DNA of 47,534 nucleotides, taken from assembly GCA_010093995.1 (NCBI GenBank), contig ML992535.1, positions 1 through 47,534 on the forward strand. Reading direction: 5' to 3'. The notes under the pieces are model-generated. The model did not search any database and had not been told where the DNA came from. It saw only the letters and a list, made by a program, of their open reading frames with translations. Shown one piece after another: positions 1 through 13,605 of the stretch. Numbering within the stretch: the stretch's first letter is position 1; each line of letters starts with the position of its first letter. The position numbers and the translations under genes were made by a program. The DNA is from Elsinoe ampelina. Its lineage: Eukaryota.

Positions 1-355
1 TCGGGATAGACCTAGCCAGAGGGCTACTTTCCGACCATGGAGCTCTACTTGATGCCCTCTGCCATCCGAAAATAGCCCGCCCGCTCTGTGACGTTCGGAG
101 AGACATCGCGCTCGTCAGGCACCGCATGCACGCCAGATACGCTACCGCCGCCTTGACGATAATCAAGGTTCTGATCGTAGAAAGTCGGAGGCAAAACAGG
201 CAAGTCGATGGCAAAATGTCTCGCCGTCAGCTCACTTTTCACATGTCACTCAGGGCGCAGCAGACAAGAGTGTGGCTTAGATGATGCTAGTAATAATATT
301 GCTCATGCTCATTTGCTCGTCAATCATGCCTCTGTGATCTACAATGCGAGATACC

Positions 356-1624
356 CTACATACGTCCGACGTCGGCCGGACTCTCCCTGCGACTCCCATG
401 TCGGATCCAGTTCGAACCCGACCAAGGCGGAGAGTATCCGTCAACGGTCGTGTCGAACTCGAATGGGTCACTTCGTTCCGTGACATGGCTAATCCTATCG
501 CCTCGCCGGTCTCCAGAAGAGGTAGACGATGGGGCGGAGTTATTCTCCACAGCTCGTGAAGACAGGTAGGTCTGCGGCCTATCGTTGTAGCTGGGAGTGC
601 GACTCTGCACGTGCCGGATATGCGACACAGCCGGTGGTCCTGACAGGATACGCGACGCCGGAGGTCGCCTTGGTGGGATATCTCGCGGATCAAGGAATGG
701 ATCGGATAGTCGACGTGCATGGAGCATGTCGGATGAAGTCGACGCTTTTGGTCTCAGCATCGAGCTGGCGACGAGTGCTGCTGGCGGCACTCGTAAGTCT
801 CGAGACAAGTGCTCATAAATCAATGGCGATTGGGTATCAGAAGGGGTGTGAACAGGTAAGCTCAACTGCGAAGAGGATCGAAAACTGGTCAAGGCCGCTG
901 CCAGAGCGGACTTTTGCCGCGACAAGAAACCGCCGGGGGTTGTGACATGAGCTGATTCTGAAGGAGTGGATGCTCTGGAAATGGAAATGTCCGGGTTGGT
1001 AACACGCAGATGACCGGTCTGCTTTTCCGGGTCTCGAAAAGGATCCTGATCCTCGTGTGCGAAAGGTCTGTCCCAATGGGCAAGACTCATGCGAATGAGG
1101 CTGTCTTCGATGATGGGAGTGTGACTGATCACAATTGGACGAAGCTGCGGCGGTCCTTCCTGTCGATAGACTTCCTGGGCATGTATGCCTTTTCCCTGTC
1201 GGACTTTTTCTCCGTCGTCACTTCTTCTGCTATTGAATGATAAGAATTTGCCTGTGAATGACATGTTAGATTCCTTGCACTCACGTGTCCTCCTGCGCTT
1301 CCAGAACAAGAAGGCGACGATACCAACGGCCGCGACGGCAGCCAACGAGCCGGTGACACCACCTGCGATGGCGGCGCGACTCGAGACTGGGCCGGGCGCG
1401 ATGACATCCTTTGCATTCGGGTCCATGTGGTAAGCCGGTGGCAGAGCTGTCTGGGTCGGCCTCAATTCAATCGTGTTCGTCCCCGTCGCAATCATGGTGG
1501 TCGACAAGCTAGTGCCGTTGGGGTTGGGAATGGTAATAGTCTGGGTCATGTAGAGAGTGGACATGACCGTTGTGGTTGATGTCAGGCGAGTCGACGCCGA
1601 CGAGATTGGGTTGGACTCGGCCAT
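356..1624 (-). CDS. Single-pass membrane protein: Ser/Thr-rich N-terminus, TM helix, long disordered cytoplasmic tail (Mid2/sensor-like architecture), function unknown
   Basis: 422-aa ORF. Thr-rich start, then hydrophobic AAIAGGVTGSLAAVAAVGIVAFLFW followed by KRRR (positive-inside). An upstream exon carrying a signal peptide cannot be excluded. Confidence 0.7.
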   Translation of the reverse strand: MAESNPISSASTRLTSTTTVMSTLYMTQTITIPNPNGTSLSTTMIATGTNTIELRPTQTALPPAYHMDPNAKDVIAPGPVSSRAAIAGGVTGSLAAVAAVGIVAFLFWKRRRTRECKESNMSFTGKFLSFNSRRSDDGEKVRQGKGIHAQEVYRQEGPPQLRPIVISHTPIIEDSLIRMSLAHWDRPFAHEDQDPFRDPEKQTGHLRVTNPDISISRASTPSESAHVTTPGGFLSRQKSALAAALTSFRSSSQLSLPVHTPSDTQSPLIYEHLSRDLRVPPAALVASSMLRPKASTSSDMLHARRLSDPFLDPRDIPPRRPPASRILSGPPAVSHIRHVQSRTPSYNDRPQTYLSSRAVENNSAPSSTSSGDRRGDRISHVTERSDPFEFDTTVDGYSPPWSGSNWIRHGSRRESPADVGRM

Positions 1625-3771
1625 TGTTGAAGTAAATGAATGTTTGGTGGTAGTACGTGTTGGAAAGAGCGACGAAGTAATGAGCGACGGGGAGGGAAGA
1701 GTATAGGTAGTAGAGTTGAGGGCTGTAGAGACCGTGACAGAGGTGCGACGTGTGGAGGCAGGAGGAACGGAGGCCCGCGACGAGGTGTTTAAGCCAGTCG
1801 GGGCAATAGTGTTTGTTGCTGGGCGGCGGGACGAGCATGATTCGGTAGGATCGGTAATGTAGGCGATAGTTTGATGGGAAAATTTGGTCTGCCCGGACTG
1901 GCGCCGTGAGCATGCAAAGTGTTGTGCCTGGGGCTAAGGAACCATGAGCTCGGGTGCAAGAGGATCGTCAGGGGAGCGTGCTTTCTTACTGGACAGAATG
2001 GCAGACAACGACAGCCTTGTGGGTGCGAGTGCGGGGACTTTTCCCATCGTGGTTGGTCCTTTTGGTTGTGGCTTGGAAAAATGAATTCATTTAAATTTGA
2101 CATGACGCCGGCATCGTGGCCAATTCTGGACGGCTAGATTTGCTTCCAAGAAGAAAAGGCAATTTCAGGTACAGTAGACCAGCAGCCGAGGGCTTGAGTA
2201 TAAGGAAATGAGTGACTTGTATTTCGAGACATTGCCAAAAGGAACACCGAGGGTTAAGAAGAGCGCGCATCGACGAAGTGGTGGATTTGTTCGTCGACGA
2301 CTTACCTTGTGATGGTTGGAGTGCGAGCTGCTATTCGAGCGGACTTGTTCCCTCCCGTTAATTGATCTGGTCATGGCTGTTTGGACTGTCTGCAAGAGGA
2401 TGGAGACGAGCGGCGGAGATTTGCTCAAGTCTGGTTTGGGGTAGGATGCCATTGTTTCAGCGCCGAGGAACCCACAGGATTTCATTGGTTGCCGTGAGGA
2501 AATTGGGGTCGAGTCAGTGCAAAGACCCGCACAGGAATGCCGACGAGAACAAAGGTGCGACATGGACATGATCTTTCGAGACACTCATGAAGCACGCCGA
2601 TGTTGTGGATATGCGTGTTTTGACTAGACGAGGAAGAAGAAAAATGTGGCATCAAGTTTGACGAGGTGAGGTGGAAGAGGCCGTTGGCGATTCCCAACCG
2701 TTTCGTGCTCGATAGTCGGATGAACACGCGACAGTGGTTTTCTTGATCCGACTGGAGGAAGAGAGAAGCAACGGGTACGCATCTGCATGCTGGAGAGCTG
2801 TTGGATGGCATCATCGAGTTGCTTTCTTGTCGTGCTTTGAGGTGCCAAGGGCGCTCGACGGAACGACTGCCACCTGGTCCCTTGAGCAGAGCATGTCGAG
2901 CATGTGCCTTGTCTTTCCAGCAGACAATTGATCAGCTGGCTTTGGCGCCGTCTACAGATCTGCCCGCTCGAAGCACGGCGAGGCCGTCTGTCAGAAATGA
3001 AGCTTCCAGCCTCGACATCTGCTGTCAAATTAGATCATCTCTCGTCCTCTTCGTCTCTGCCTACTGATACTGTGCGGCTATTCAGTCAAGCTCATCTCCT
3101 CACGGCGCCTTCGAAAGACCTTCTAACCGCTGCTTAAAAGAGCGGTTGGGCGATCCTTGGTCAAACCGGTTGCCTGAGCAAACTTGAGTCGACGTCATTT
3201 GTGTACGGCGGGTGACATGTCTCAAATCTCACGACCATCGACAACAGTTTGTAGATTTGGTCGGATAGTGATGGTTGTACTCGATTTGAAGGTTGCATCA
3301 CAGCCTTGTTGCGATTTGCAAAGTGCCTGCAGTCCGGTAAGGCAGCGTGAATTCATGTGGACCAGTCTAGACTTGGCGGCGAGACGCGCGGAAGTTGATG
3401 CAGAACGAGCTCCGCCTCATCGCAGACGTCGCAGATATTGCAGCTACTCGTGTTCGTTTCTTGCAAACCATCCTATGCACGTATCGTACGACCCATAATA
3501 CCACCTGATCAGACCGCTGTGAAACGTCTTCCACTCGCTATCGACTCTGTCCGGTACATCGATACAGCCGCTCGACTATCACCATATCGATTAGACCCTG
3601 GATCAAAACCTGTTGTGCGCCTCATACGACACACATCGCACCACAATTGCCCACTCTTGTTCTCCCTAGACACATGTCGGATCCGCCATAGACGATCAAT
3701 CTCTGCGGCTCTACGCCAATCGACCCTTGCTTAATATCTTCTCCATCTCCCTCCGTATCTTCCCCGCAAAC

Positions 3772-6113
3772 ATGGATACAGCTTTCGCAGCCTCACAACA
3801 TCTCGTTGAGCGAGCAGGAGGCGCTACTGGAGAGACGAACGGACGACCACCAATATTCAAGGTTGTCGGAATCATCCTTGCGATCGCATCTGGTCTCTTC
3901 ATCGGTGTCTCTTTCGTCGTCAAGAAAGTTGGTCTACTACAGGCAAATAAGAAATACAATGAAGAAGCCGGAGAGGGATATGGATACCTCAAGAATTGGA
4001 TGTGGTGGACTGGAATGTCACTCATGATATTTGGAGAGATCTTCAATTTTGTCGCATACGCATTCGTCGACGCTATCCTCGTCACACCATTGGGCGCATT
4101 GAGTGTGGTTGTAACCACTATACTCTCGGCCATCTTCCTCAAGGAACGACTGAGCTTTGTTGGAAAGATTGGCTGCTTCCAATGCATTATCGGATCCGTC
4201 GTCATTGTACTTAATGCACCCGAGCAGTCGGCTGTGTCCAAAATTCAGGACATGCAGAGATATGTCATCTCCCCTGGATTTCTGAGCTACGCTGGTGTTG
4301 TAATTGCTGGTAGCATCTTTACAGCGGTCTGGGCTGGACCTAGATACGGGAAGAAGAGCATGCTTGTATATCTCTCGATATGCAGTTGGGTAGGAGGTCT
4401 CAGCGTGGTGGCCACACAGGGTTTGGGAGCTGCTATTGTTACGCAAATTGGTGGTGAACCGCAGTTCAATCAGTGGTTCCTCTACGTCCTCTTGGTGTTT
4501 GTCATTGGAACGCTCTTGACCGAGATCATCTATCTCAACGTAAGTGCTATCGGAACATTTGTGAAAACACAAGCTGACTTTTGCTGCAGAAAGCGCTCAA
4601 TCTCTTCAACGCCGCCCTTGTCACACCAACCTACTACGTCTACTTTACCTCTGCAACCATCATCTCCTCCGCAATCCTCTTTCGTGGCTTCAAGGGAACG
4701 GCCATGTCGATCACTACTGTCATCATGGGCTTCTTGGTCATCTGCTCTGGAGTCGTACTGCTCCAACTTGCCAAATCATCAAAGGATGTACCAGACACAG
4801 CAGTGTTCAAGGGCGACCTCGACCAAGTCCGAACCATTGCCGAACAAGAGGAGCCAGAGTATGAACCACGCGCAGACACGATTCGCGGTAGTGGCGCGCT
4901 TCTCCGTGCTATAAGTCAGCGCAGAGCTCACAAAGAAGTCGAAGAGGCCAAGACACTGTACAGTGAGTCTATGGAACCCATTCGAGAAGATGAGGCTGTA
5001 GAGTGGGATGGCCTGCGTCGACGCAGGACTGTTGTGGGCGACTCGGCGCAACCTGGAGGTCTGCAGCGCAGCAAGACCATACATCCTCCACTGGGAATGT
5101 CCAAATTTCCTGACGAGAACGAGTCAGACACCGGTAGTGACGACGTCCATCCTGGCTTTTTCCAGGCACGTTTTGGGCGGCGTAGTACACGAAAGTCATC
5201 GCGAGGCGGCAGTACTGCGCGACATGCTTCGCCATCTCCTGTGCCCATGGCCGGCATCCAAGTAGACAAACCTGAAGGCCACGTCGATTCGCGCGAACAC
5301 ATCTATGGTCTTCCGCCCGGACTTCGAAGACAAGCAGATGGAGCAGACGACACAGCTTACCATTCGCCATCCGACCACATTCACTGGTCAAATTCGGTGG
5401 AAGATCGCAGCCACGGCCCTACTCCGCCCCCGCATGGCGCACGAAAAGCTCAACCCGCGCGGCGCACCTTCTCGTTTCAACAAGTATTTCATCGGCAGAA
5501 GTCTGACTCGGCCTCAAACCGCAGCAAATCACCATACCTGGACGCGAGCGAGACCCGAGACGATCGACCACGTTCTCGTAGCAACAGCCCGTTCACGAAT
5601 TTTCTGTCACCTCAGCACAAAGATGACTTGTCGCGTGTCAACACCGAAGAGGAGCGTCTCGGATTGGTCAAGGGCGATTCGACTTCCAACCTTGCCAAGC
5701 AAACCGCGTACCTGGACTCATCTCCTGTGGCATCTCCCGACCGGCCTCTTATGCAATCACACCAAGCACGGCAAGAACGAGAGAGCAATTTACGCGCTGC
5801 CCGGACGAGAGACAGTGACGAAGACGAATGGCACGTGGCCAGCGCTCCGAGTAGCAACGGACGCTCAGAGTCACCAGCAGTGATAGGTCGAGACTTTGGC
5901 GTCATGAGCGCTAGCGAGAATAGCAATACCACGGATAGTCCTGTGGTCATGAGCCCCACTCGGGAGGAGCACGCGCAGAGAGCACAAGGTGGTAATAGTG
6001 GGAGGCAGACGCCGAGAAGAGGCTATCAACGAGGACGATATATAGATAGTGATGATGACAATGATGACGACTTTGGATTGGGGCCTGTACAAAGAGGCAG
6101 GGATGGGGTGTAA
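3772..6113 (+). CDS. NIPA-family (DUF803) magnesium transporter with long disordered C-terminal tail
   Basis: Motifs GYGYLKNWMWWTGM, GEIFNFVAYAFVDAILVTPLGALSVV and KALNLFNAALVTPTYYV. One intron at 4540-4589 (GTAAGT...GCTGAC...CAG) joins ORFs 3727+ and 4581+ in frame. Confidence 0.92.
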
Positions 6114-6704
6114 GTTGGGCAACAGAGGGCTGTGTAGCATGTAATACCCATGATAATGACCGATATCATCCTCCTGGAATACGATAACAGTGTAACTACC
6201 CTTTTCAGATCAAACTAAATGCCACAGCCACGCTCGCCGTGACTTAGACTGCTGCGTTCAGCATTGTGATCTCTGATTTTCGTTTCCGGCATGCCTGGTG
6301 GCCCAATTCCACCATTGCAAACATCGATCCTTCTACACGCACACGGTATTTTTATAGACGTATCAACAGTTGAGTCCAGCTATTTTGATCATGTCAAGTC
6401 GAAGTTTGAGGCGACACGACCTTCTTGCCGATATGCTCGAGCATGTGAAGATCACTGAGCGGCTCTGCGGGAAGAACCGCGGCGTGGACGTCAAATCTGG
6501 GGATCGTCCAACCTCACATTCAACATCGCCATATACCCTCGAGTCGCAAAGCCGCGCGTGGTCGTCTATTGCTTTTCTCGTTCTTCAGAGCTGCTTTGAT
6601 CGAAGTCTTGCTCAATTGGCGACCCATACATGGCATAGTCACCTCCTCCAGTTCCCCAGCGCGGCCTTGCGACAATCACCTCCTCTCCTGTCGACGTAGC
6701 AATC

Positions 6705-8076
6705 ATGAATCCCGCCGACCTCACCCTGTCCACTCTGGACTCTACTCCTCCCCTCTCAGCAAAGACCATCCCTGGCTCAGCTCTCCTGCCTGGCAAGAAC
6801 TCGAAACTCCCTCTCTCAGTACCCCGAATAGACACCGAACCCATCTACACCCAACTCAAATCACTAATAGGCGACTCCTGGTCAGATTACAAAAATGCCC
6901 TCTCCTCATTCCTCCTCGGTACTCTCCCCCTCCTCACTCACCACCTCTCCTTCTAACATCCCAGGTAAACTCAACCAATCCGAACTCACCCTCATCCTCA
7001 CCCCAATCCTCTCCCACCCACCCACCACCACCACCCCCTCCCCCCTCCACCTCCACAACACCCTCCTCTCGGCCCTCCACTTCAACGCCCTCTACCGCGA
7101 CCCACCCCCGGAAACTACCGCCCCCTTCGTCCTCGCAACCGACACCCTCTCCACCTCCACCACCGCCCCAAAATCCACCGCGACATCCGACGCCATCTCC
7201 GACCGGCTCAAACGCGAAGTCATGGCCCTCACCGCGCGCGACCGGCGACGCATCAAATCCCTCCCACCCATAACCTCGCAACCCCCGGCCTCGGGCGCCC
7301 GCGACTCGGGCCCCGCCCAAGCCCGCACCTACCGCGAAGCCCTCGACGCGTTGCCCAGCGCGATCACGCACGGCCTGTCCGCCAGCGCCGCAGGAGGTGG
7401 GAAAACCAACACGGACCTGGAGATACGCAGGCGGTTCGCCCTGCCGCTCGCGAGCGAGACGATGGAGTTCCCCTCGCGCGAGAACATCCAGGCGAGAGTC
7501 GAGCCGATCGCGTACGAAGAAGGGCTGAGCGGGGGGGTCACGCCGGCGCAACTTTCGGCGGCCGGGGAGCTGGTCGAGGCCGCGGTGGAGGTGTACGTCA
7601 AGGAGACGGTTGGCATGTTGCTTTCCGCGACGAGGGGGGAGGGGGAGGGGATGGTGCAGAGTCGGGGGTATAGGAAGCGGGTGAGGCGGGAGGAGAGGGC
7701 GGAGGAGAGGGGTGAGGTGCAGAGGGATGTGCTGGGACGGTTGCCTGTTGAGGTGGAGTACGGGGAGAAGAGGGAGGGGTTGGGCAAGGGCGATTTGAGG
7801 TTGGCGTGGCGGTTGGATGGGGGGTGTAGGGAGGATAGGTTTTTGGGGGAGAGGTGGGGGGAGGAGGAGATGGAGGTGGAGGAGGTGGAAGGGGGAATGG
7901 GGAGGTTGGGGTTGGGGAAGGTGAATGGGATAGTGGTCAATGGGGCGAGGAGGAAGAGTAGGGTTGAGGAGAAGGAGGAGCAGGAGGATGGGGATTGGGG
8001 GTGGGCTGGCGGGGGGAGGTCAGAGAGGGGACAGTTGATGGATGTGTTGAGTGGGGCGTTGGCGGTGGGGTCGTGA
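6705..8076 (+). CDS. ADA1: SAGA complex subunit Ada1/Hfi1 (Tad1 family)
   Basis: PRIDTEPIYTQLKSLIGDSWSDYKNALSSFLLG|KLNQSEL, LHLHNTLL, and PLASETMEFPSRENIQARVEPIAYEEGL are typical of fungal Ada1. Intron 6919-6964 (GTACTC...CTAAC...CAG). Confidence 0.85.
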
Positions 8077-9330
8077 TGGGGGGAGTGGTTGTATATGCGA
8101 CGATGTGTCCATGAAGAGCACTTGTGATACCAAGGACGACAGGGAAGAAGGAGGAAGATCCGTGGTACACCCTACGCTTGCCCATCATCTCCTGATGCAG
8201 AAGAAGGAGACAGAGGTTATTCCATGAGGAGAAGCATTGTCCCATGAAGACAAGCATTGTCCATACCAGCGTTCGGCATAACACCCCATAAGACGAGGCA
8301 CCGCAAGGCATTCAGGGACGAGATCAAAATAGGAGCTCAAGCGTGCACACCCTGGGATGGAATGAAACACATCGCCCCAGAACAGTTCCAGATTGACCAT
8401 TCGTGAAACGTGCCACCGATGTAATGTACTCTCCTCCTCGCCGCTCCAGGATGCACCAGCTGGACACCAGCCATCAAGACACCCTCTCTGATCGAGATTT
8501 CAACATTGAAAAAAGCCGCGTGTAATCTGTTGACCAGAGTCAATCGGTAGTAACGTGCAACAACTCTGCCAGGAGTGTGTTCCGACACAAGGGGACTGCG
8601 TCAGTGCCTAGTCCTAGACGCACTCTGCCGCTCGGCCTCATAGCCCATGGAGACTCTGCGCCATATCTGCATACAGTCTGTGTGATACACACAAAGACAA
8701 GCCGGCGATCTCGCAGAAGCAGGACCTACCTCAAGACCAGACCGACCAACTCAACGAAGCTGCCTTTCCCGTCCACGGCGCTGTCACATAGCAGTCCCCT
8801 CCTGCACCCGAGACTTGTACGCAGCCACGGCACCGTGCCCGCGAGAGACGTGATGGGAAAGGGAAGTGTATACTTCGGGAAAAGGGGTATTACTATTCAA
8901 GCCCGCTGCACCCAGCTCACATTCTTCATCCTCGGTCTCGGCGGCAGACCTTACCGGCTGCCTCTACAGACTCCCACGAGCAGCTGCTGTTACGCGCTCA
9001 TACGTCCACAGCTCCCTTGCATCCTACCGCCCTGCTTGTGCGGTTCCCATTCATCGCTGAACAATCTATCCCCTCCCCCTGATGCCGGCCCCCCCAACCC
9101 CAGCCCGCTACCCAGCCGGAACAAAAGAGCAAACCCGTCCCAAAGACCGTAAGCAAGGAAATTCGTGAAGTGAACGTTAGACCCATCTCTTCTCTTCCCC
9201 CGCCCATGCCCAATCCCTATCCAACCTACCCCTCATCTCATCCCTTCTTCCCACGCCAAACCCACCCCCGCCTTCTCCCCCGTCCCACCTTCCCATCCCC
9301 TACCACCACCTACTCCTCCCCCCCCAAATC

Positions 9331-12113
9331 TTACATCCCCTCCCCCTCATCCCCCCCGACAGGCTCAACCCTCATCCTGCCCCCCCTCACGCCCCCCTCG
9401 GGATGCACAACCACACTCCCCCTCACCCTCGCCGCCACATCCCGATTGGTCACGGGCAACTGATACCTCACCACTCCCCTCAAAATAAGCTCAAACGGAT
9501 ACCCCAACACCCTCTCCCACCTCGCGCTGCCCCCTGCCTCTGTCTTATTCCCGGGTTTCGCGAGCCGGAATTCCCCGGTGCTGAAGTGGCGCCTGCGTTT
9601 GAGGGGCGTGCCGTCGAAGTATAACCCCTGGTCGAAGTGGAAGACCCGTCCCAAGAGCATGGTCTGGCTGTCGCCTTCGAGGCTGTCGTCCTCGTCGCCC
9701 GAGTGCCAGTGGCCGTCCGAGTCTTGCCATGGTTGGCCAGAGACGTGCAGGTCATCCTCGGGGATAGGGGCAGGGCGAGGGGCACGACGGCGTTCTGCGC
9801 TGGTGCCTACGCCGACGCCGACGCCGAAGCCGGTGGGGGCAGGGGTGGGTGATGCCTCGTCCCGTGTCGTGGTGGCTACGTACTTGCTTTTGGCGAAGAT
9901 GTTGAGGTCCATTTCCCCGACGCCGATGCCGAGGAGGTTCGGGTTCACCGCGCCCACGACGAGGTCGAGCATGATTTCCTGCTCCGAGGCGAGGACGTTT
10001 TGGATTTTTTCGATTTGGACTTCTTCGAGGCTGCGGTTGGACATGAACAGGACCCCGACTGCGCCGACGATGACGAGCGAGATGATGATCAGGCCGAGGA
10101 AGCAGCCGCCGAAACGGCCTAGGAAACTGTTCTGGCGCAGGTTGTAGATACCGCTGTTACTGGTGTCGTAGCGTGGATCGCCGGCTCTGCGGCGTTGATA
10201 GCGGCGCGGGGTTCGCACGGTGCCGACGAGGGGCGTGCGTTCGTCGCTGCCTTCTTCGCCGGCGTCGTCGTAGTCGTATTGGCGGAGGCCGGCGCCGTCT
10301 TTGCGCCAGGGACCGAAGCGTTGGTTGGCTGCTGGGGCGGATTTGGGTTGAGAAGGCGTGTTGGGTCGTGAGGAGTGGCGTGTGCCGCCGCCGCCACCAC
10401 CGGCGGCTAGGTTGGCGCGGAGTTTACTCGCTTGCGTAAAGGGACTGTCTTCGCCGCCGCCGTAGAGAGAGGAGTTGGAGCCGATGGTGCGGCCGAAGCG
10501 GGAGATGTTGCGGGGATGATGAGCGCGGATGGTACCCATACCTGTAGTATCGTCGGTAGGAGAGTCGAGAGCGGAGTAAGGATTATTAGAGAACTTCATA
10601 GATCGCTTGCCGGCGACTCTGTGATTGTCGTAGCCTGCGCGGAGGTTCAGACGACGATCTGATTGGGAGTGTATCGAGGTGACAGAAGGAGTGCGCGAGT
10701 GGTTCCTATTCGTGCGCAGTTGTGGCTCAGGAGGGTTGGACTCGTAGACAAAGGTCTCATCGCTGTCAGACGAGTTGGCCTCGTCGACCTGTGACGCCAC
10801 TCGTGCCTCGAAGATGTCGGCTTTGGACGAGGCGGTACCATTGTGTACACTAGGCGCTTTGCGGACCGCCTTCTTGCGTTCTTTTCGTGGTCGTATCGTT
10901 TCGTTACTGGGCTTGAGTCGAATACTGCCACCAGGGTCGCCACGCGGACCGGCGGCTCGGTCGGCGCTTAGAGCAGATTGAGGAATGGAGGAGACAGTCT
11001 CGGTCTCCACTGTCATGTTTCGCGTGCCATCGACCTGTTTCGCGCGCGCAGTGGCTGGTGCCGATTTACTCGATACCATCTTGGCCTTGTTTTGGTCGAT
11101 GGTGAGGTCCTTTCTGCCTTTACCATCGCTGCGGTTGCCGTCGCCATCACTCTCACCCGACTTGTTGCCGGTGTCCTTTTTGTGAATGGTGCCGTTCGGA
11201 GTCCGGTCATCGTCAGAGCTCTTAGTCTGTGACGAATTCATGGAGTAGAAGCTGTGATAGTGTTAGTACGTCACAATGAGATATCACCTGGGTTCATATA
11301 CCTTTGATCAGTGCTTTCCCCAAGAACACTCCCTGCAGGCGGGGTTGCTTCTTGTACCGTCTCTAAATTCGACTTGGGTCCGCTGGGTCCTCTGTTGGAC
11401 ACCTTGGGTGTCTGCACTAGTCCTGTATCCCCAAGCCCATCCCCCTTGAGATCTGGCACGGCAGTACCTGGTGGTGTAGAGTTCTGCACAGTGATCGGCG
11501 GCGCACTCAAATTATCCAACTTCCTCGGTACCGAGTTTCTCCTAGAAGACGGCGCAGAAGGACCCGGTGACTTTACTCTGGGTGAGAAACTGGGGCTGAC
11601 GGGGGTTTGCGACTCGGTGGCAGGGGCAGTCCTTGAAGTTCGGGGCAGCCTGCTGACCGCATCTGCGACAGGGTTGCTGTTGGAATGCAGTTGAGGTACA
11701 GCCGCTGCGGAGAGAGCGCGTTGTATGGCAGCCGCAGAAGGTGGAGCGGCGGAGGATTGTGTCGATACTGGCCTGATCGGACTCGCGTCGTGGCTATTCT
11801 TCCTTGACCGTATACCAGCGGCGCGTTGTGCTGTTGAGTGTGGAGTTTCTTGCGGTCGCACCGAGGGGCGTATGGGTGACGTATTTCGAGATGTTTGGGG
11901 ACTCGCGGAGACGGAGGGCGGGAGTGAGGGGACTAGATTGGTAGAAGGCTGTTTTCGCATGGAAGGGATGTGAGTATTTGATCCATCGCGACGTAATGTC
12001 GGGCTGGGATCGCGGTGTGACGGGACTTGTCGTTGGGGTGTTTGTACCGCAGCGGTATCGTGTGTTTTTGGCTGACCAGGGACGGACTGGGAGCCTTCCC
12101 TGCCAGCCTCCAT
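9331..12113 (-). CDS. VAC7: Vacuolar segregation / PI(3,5)P2 regulator Vac7
   Basis: MTVETETVSSIPQ, SSKADIFEARVASQVDEANSSDSDETFVYESNP, a TM helix, and IQNVLASEQEIMLDLVVGAVNPN, TMLLGRVFHFD, PFELILRGVVRYQLP. Intron 11252-11301 (GTATAT...ACTAAC...CAG). Confidence 0.92.
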
Positions 12114-13605
12114 TGTGTATGTATGTTATGTCTTGCTCTTTTCGGTATTGTCGTCTACGAACACATTGGTACGTGTGTGGTCGCGTGTGGCAGCCTAGCT
12201 ACACTCATCATGTCGGGGACTGGACTGGACTGCAGCTCCAATAATGTGTCGCAAGGCTCAGGGTAGCGCAAAGAAAGCCGTCACGACGACGTGTTTCCGG
12301 ACGGGTGAATGGCAGTGGGGTACGGTATTCTCCAAGGCAGAAGCCGTCTGAACTACTGAATGAGACGAAGGATGTTGATTCCTCTATCGGGATCTCTCTG
12401 TCCTGCTGGTGTCATGCAAACGTCGTGGAGCAGTTTTTGAGCCAATCAACGGGGAGCAAACGTAGATGGCTTCTCAGGAACGGGAAGAAGAGACACAAGA
12501 GCAGGAAACTTGGGCCGGGCTGACTGATTGACCCTTGGACCAAAGGAGACCAGACATCGGATCCTTGGGACGCACAAGAAACCGCTTTTCAGGAGATGAT
12601 TAAATTTGTTGCAATAATAAAATGCACATGGTCTGTTCCTGACTATCGCTGCATGCTCCCCACCAAACATGCAGCATCACCGTTTGTTTCTCTCCAAACG
12701 AGGCTGATAATCATACCTCCCGTAGTGATTATGGATTATATTATGATCGAGAAGGAAAAGATCCGAGATTGCCGAGCAACCACGCTTTTTTATTAGCGAG
12801 AGCATTTCGCGCCGAGGAGAGGAGCCGGACAGCGAGTGACAACGATACATCTGCCTCTTTTCGGTCGGGTTGGGGTTCAAGGGTTGGGCATCGTGAAAGC
12901 ACATGCACATTCTCATCAGAATTCGTGTCTCTTCCTCCCATGAGAGAGAGAATCTGCTTCGCCTCCACGTGTTCACCGAGCACGGCCGTGGCACCTCCTT
13001 GGTCGACCTCGGACCGTCGACGTGGGTGAGACAAAACACCGTCACGAGCCACTCTTTTTGCCCGTGGTCGCGTGCTGCTCTTGCTGCAACTTGACCATCA
13101 CGTGTTTGAACAGCATTCAGTCTGCAATCATTTCGTGATGAGTGCTTTCAATTCTCAGCTGCAGCTGTCTGTACGACGAGCTCGCTTGCCTCATCTATCT
13201 ACTGCTATCCATCCCATTCCACTAGTCCAAGCCCATATCCCAACAGCCCGTCCCGTCTGCAAACTCTCCCTTCTCACTACACATCATCAGGCATTCCTGT
13301 GCCTCTTGCCCCTTACACATCTGCTGATCGTCCATCAAAACAAGCACCGTCTCTGCGGCGCATCGCAAAAACACACGTATGCCATTTGCCAAATGCGGGA
13401 ATCATTTTCGTCTTCTCAAAACAAGAATTCAAAGTGGGGAATCGTCATCATTCGCTGGAAATGCTGCAAAAAGCATGTCTTCAATTCAAGGGTCGTAAAA
13501 AGTTTTGATGGTGTCGTACATTCTGGGTTGGTATAGTCATCGTGCTGAAGGCGGCCGTAAAAGTGTGTAAAGTGGGTGTGGGTATTGTCGGTGGTGAGAA
13601 TTCTT

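Noticed and set aside
1625..3770. 2.1-kb divergent intergenic region with many short ORFs
   Set aside because: No coding signal or repeat structure seen. Consistent with promoters and long 5'UTRs.
6569..7940. Long Pro-rich and Gly-rich ORFs overlapping ADA1 (similar ones overlap VAC7 and UBP14)
   Set aside because: Shadow frames caused by stop-codon depletion in C- or G-skewed DNA.
8100..9330. ORFs of 70-190 aa and a short AGCATTGTCC repeat between ADA1 and VAC7
   Set aside because: No recognisable protein features, and the repeat is two short copies only.
12540..13600. Possible ncRNA or gene between VAC7 and SWE1
   Set aside because: No tRNA, snRNA or snoRNA signature recognised. Most simply the SWE1 3'UTR plus the VAC7 promoter.
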